The translations under genes and the position numbers were made by a program. The notes beneath the pieces were generated by a model. It did no database searches. It had not been told where the DNA came from and was given only the letters and a program-made list of their open reading frames with translations. Positions 43,037 to 44,613 of a DNA stretch of 44,613 nt are shown here, one piece after another. The stretch spans positions 1-44,613 of the forward strand of contig JAXDLV010000079.1 of NCBI GenBank assembly GCA_034666445.1. The letters are read 5' to 3'. Each line of letters begins with the position of its first letter. Position 1 is the first letter of the stretch. This stretch comes from Chloroflexota bacterium. Its GTDB lineage: Bacteria; Chloroflexota; Dormibacteria; DASZGP01.

Positions 43037-44122
43037 TCAGGCCTGTTGCTGGCGGAAGCCGTAGTCGAGCATGCCCGCGGCGTCCGTGAAGATCAGCGGG
43101 TCGTTGAGCTCGACGAGGAGAAGGGTGCGGTCGCCGCGGTGGGCGCCGGTCACCAGGCAGGTGCCGGCGTCGTCGGTGAGGCCGGTCTTGAACCCGATCG
43201 AGCCCTCGTAGGTCCAGAGCAGCTTGTTGAAGTTGATCGGGCCGAAGGCCTTGTGGTCGTCGTTGCCGGTGATGCTCACCTCCCGGGTCGTGGCCACCTG
43301 CTCCAGCAGCGGGTAGTTGTGGTACAGGTACGCCGCGATCGTGGCCAGGTCCTGGGCGTCGCTGTACTGGTCGGGGTCATCAAGCCCCGACGGGTTGGCG
43401 AAGTGGGTGTTCTCCAGTCCCATCGCCTTCGCCTTCTCGTTCATCGCGGCGATGAAGCGGGGGCGGCCCATCGTGGTCTCGGCGAGGGTCTCGGCGGCGT
43501 CGTTGCCGGAGTCCAGCAGCAGGCCGTAGAGGACGTTGTTGATCGTGATCTTCTCGCCCGCCGTGAGGCCCATGACGTCGGGCTCCACCTTGGTGGCCGC
43601 CTCCGGCACCACGATCTCCTTGTCGGGCGCGGCGTTGTCCAACGTGACCATCGCGGTCATCAGCTTGGCGGTGCTGGCCACGGCCATGCGCCTGTGGGGG
43701 TCGCGCTGCCACACCACGTGCCGGCTGTTGAGGTCGACCATGATGCCGGTCACGGAGCGGTTGCCCGGCGCGTCGGCGCCCGGGTGGTCCAGCCCCCAGG
43801 TGTAGTCCCAGCGGTAGGCGGCCATGTCCAGCTGGGGCACCCCCGCGCCGGCCGGGCCGTGGTCGGCCGCGGCGGCCTCCTGCGGCCGGGTCGCGCCGCT
43901 GGACTGTGGCCCACCGCCGCCGAGCCGTGAGGAGACCAGCCCGGCGGTCACGATGAGGATCGCCAGCACGGCGATGGCCACCGCCCACTGCCGGCGCAGG
44001 CTGCGGCGCCGGGGCCGCCGGTATGACTGGATCGAACTTGCGTGCGCGACTGAGACGCGTGTCGAGTTCTTACGCTGGTACAAGTCGGCCCCCATGAAAT
44101 CAGGCCCCTCCCCCGGTGTCAA
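43037..44122 (-). CDS. D-alanyl-D-alanine carboxypeptidase (S11 family)
   Basis: 361 aa with an N-terminal TM. SxxK (ASTAKLMT), SxN (DSGNDAA) and KTG (FKTGLTDDAG) motifs. Confidence 0.88.
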   Translation of the reverse strand: MTPGEGPDFMGADLYQRKNSTRVSVAHASSIQSYRRPRRRSLRRQWAVAIAVLAILIVTAGLVSSRLGGGGPQSSGATRPQEAAAADHGPAGAGVPQLDMAAYRWDYTWGLDHPGADAPGNRSVTGIMVDLNSRHVVWQRDPHRRMAVASTAKLMTAMVTLDNAAPDKEIVVPEAATKVEPDVMGLTAGEKITINNVLYGLLLDSGNDAAETLAETTMGRPRFIAAMNEKAKAMGLENTHFANPSGLDDPDQYSDAQDLATIAAYLYHNYPLLEQVATTREVSITGNDDHKAFGPINFNKLLWTYEGSIGFKTGLTDDAGTCLVTGAHRGDRTLLLVELNDPLIFTDAAGMLDYGFRQQQA

Positions 44123-44184
44123 ACGCTCCCAAAGACTATCCGAATGGGTTTTACTATCAAGCGATCTAAATCAAGGAGGGAGTC

Positions 44185-44613
44185 ATGGCCGATGGAGCCG
44201 AGCTGATCGCCAACCTCGCGCACTGCAAGTTGTTCGAGGACCTGTCGCAGGCCGAGCTCGCCCAGGTGGCGGACTCGATGGACGAGGACCACTTTCCCGG
44301 CAACACGCAGATCCTGAAGGAGGGCGAGCAGGGGATGGGCTTCTTCTTCGTGGTGCTCGACGGCTCGGCCACCGTGGTGCAGCACGGCAAGGAGGTCGCG
44401 GTCCTGAAGCAGGGCGACTTCTTCGGCGAGGTCACCTCCCTCAACGGCGGTCCCCGGACCGCCTCGGTCACCACCAACGAGCCGCTCTGGGTCGTACGGC
44501 TGACCGACAGCAACTTCCGCCCGTTCCTCGAGCGATTTCCCAAGGTCACCTTCCGGGTCCTCGAGCGGGTGCTGATGCGCTTCCAGGCGCTGGCCACCAA
44601 CGCCGGCTCCTAG
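44185..44613 (+). CDS. Stand-alone cyclic-nucleotide-binding domain protein
   Basis: 142 aa with AAGGAGGGAG upstream. The CAP-effector-domain pattern includes the phosphate-binding cassette GDFFGEVTSLNGGPRTASV. The TAG stop is at the window end. Confidence 0.85.
   Translation: MADGAELIANLAHCKLFEDLSQAELAQVADSMDEDHFPGNTQILKEGEQGMGFFFVVLDGSATVVQHGKEVAVLKQGDFFGEVTSLNGGPRTASVTTNEPLWVVRLTDSNFRPFLERFPKVTFRVLERVLMRFQALATNAGS

Noticed and set aside
1-44613. A check of the whole window for CRISPR arrays, rRNA genes, transposases/IS ends and toxin-antitoxin pairs.
   Set aside because: I found no regularly spaced direct repeats, no rRNA-like stretches, no transposase-like ORFs and no small adjacent TA-like gene pair. 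The only RHH-like element is the tail of the ABC ATPase.

Overview
This is a 44.6-kb, visibly very G+C-rich (strong GC3 bias; not computed) bacterial chromosomal segment. It is tightly packed: about 50 protein genes and one tRNA-Pro(GGG). I saw no rRNA, no CRISPR array and no convincing mobile element. Gene order: (1) a housekeeping run of rny (5'-truncated by the window edge)-ymdB-spoVS, mutS-mutL-miaA-dapF-dapL and hflX; (2) lexA, divergent from a 7Fe ferredoxin, then fumC; (3) a divergent pair made of a Tim44-like/zinc-ribbon membrane protein and a small TM+LysM protein. (4) A LivJHM-type ABC importer operon follows, with a fused two-domain ATPase and two translationally coupled genes of unknown function. 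(5) Next is a poorly characterised stretch (21.4-30.1 kb) of membrane and secreted proteins: a DoxX-like protein, tandem paralogous 4-TM proteins, a BNR/sialidase-like protein, an S1 protease, a DinB-family protein, a lipoprotein, a Xer recombinase and small Cys-rich proteins. (6) A long minus-strand run carries a coiled-coil SpoIID/LytB protein, an HDAC-family deacetylase, a TIGR00300 (LOR/SDH) protein, pyrF, two unknown genes, a LipJ-like hydrolase-adenylate cyclase fusion, tRNA-Pro, gpsA and der. (7) The right end carries a DUF4013-like membrane protein, mec-cysM, a D-Ala-D-Ala carboxypeptidase and a cNMP-binding protein. The best-supported unusual signal is at 14100-14143. Two perfect LexA (GAAC-N4-GTTC) boxes are embedded in a near-consensus promoter that drives an apparently leaderless TM+LysM mini-protein, which I read as a candidate SOS-induced cell-division inhibitor that is not adjacent to lexA. 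Other observations are listed under findings: genes whose conserved N-terminal motifs lie upstream of any ATG/GTG/TTG (gpsA with an SD-supported ATT, and miaA), an RHH-like tail on the fused ABC ATPase, cysM-mec without cysO, a GTGA-coupled TIGR00300-HDAC pair, and three convergent gene pairs that share a CTAG stop. The many long Arg/Ala/Gly/Pro-rich ORFs antisense to recognisable genes are treated as high-GC artefacts. The lineage cannot be fixed from the sequence alone; the gene content suggests a high-GC, monoderm-type lineage. All family calls come from motif recognition by eye, not database searches.
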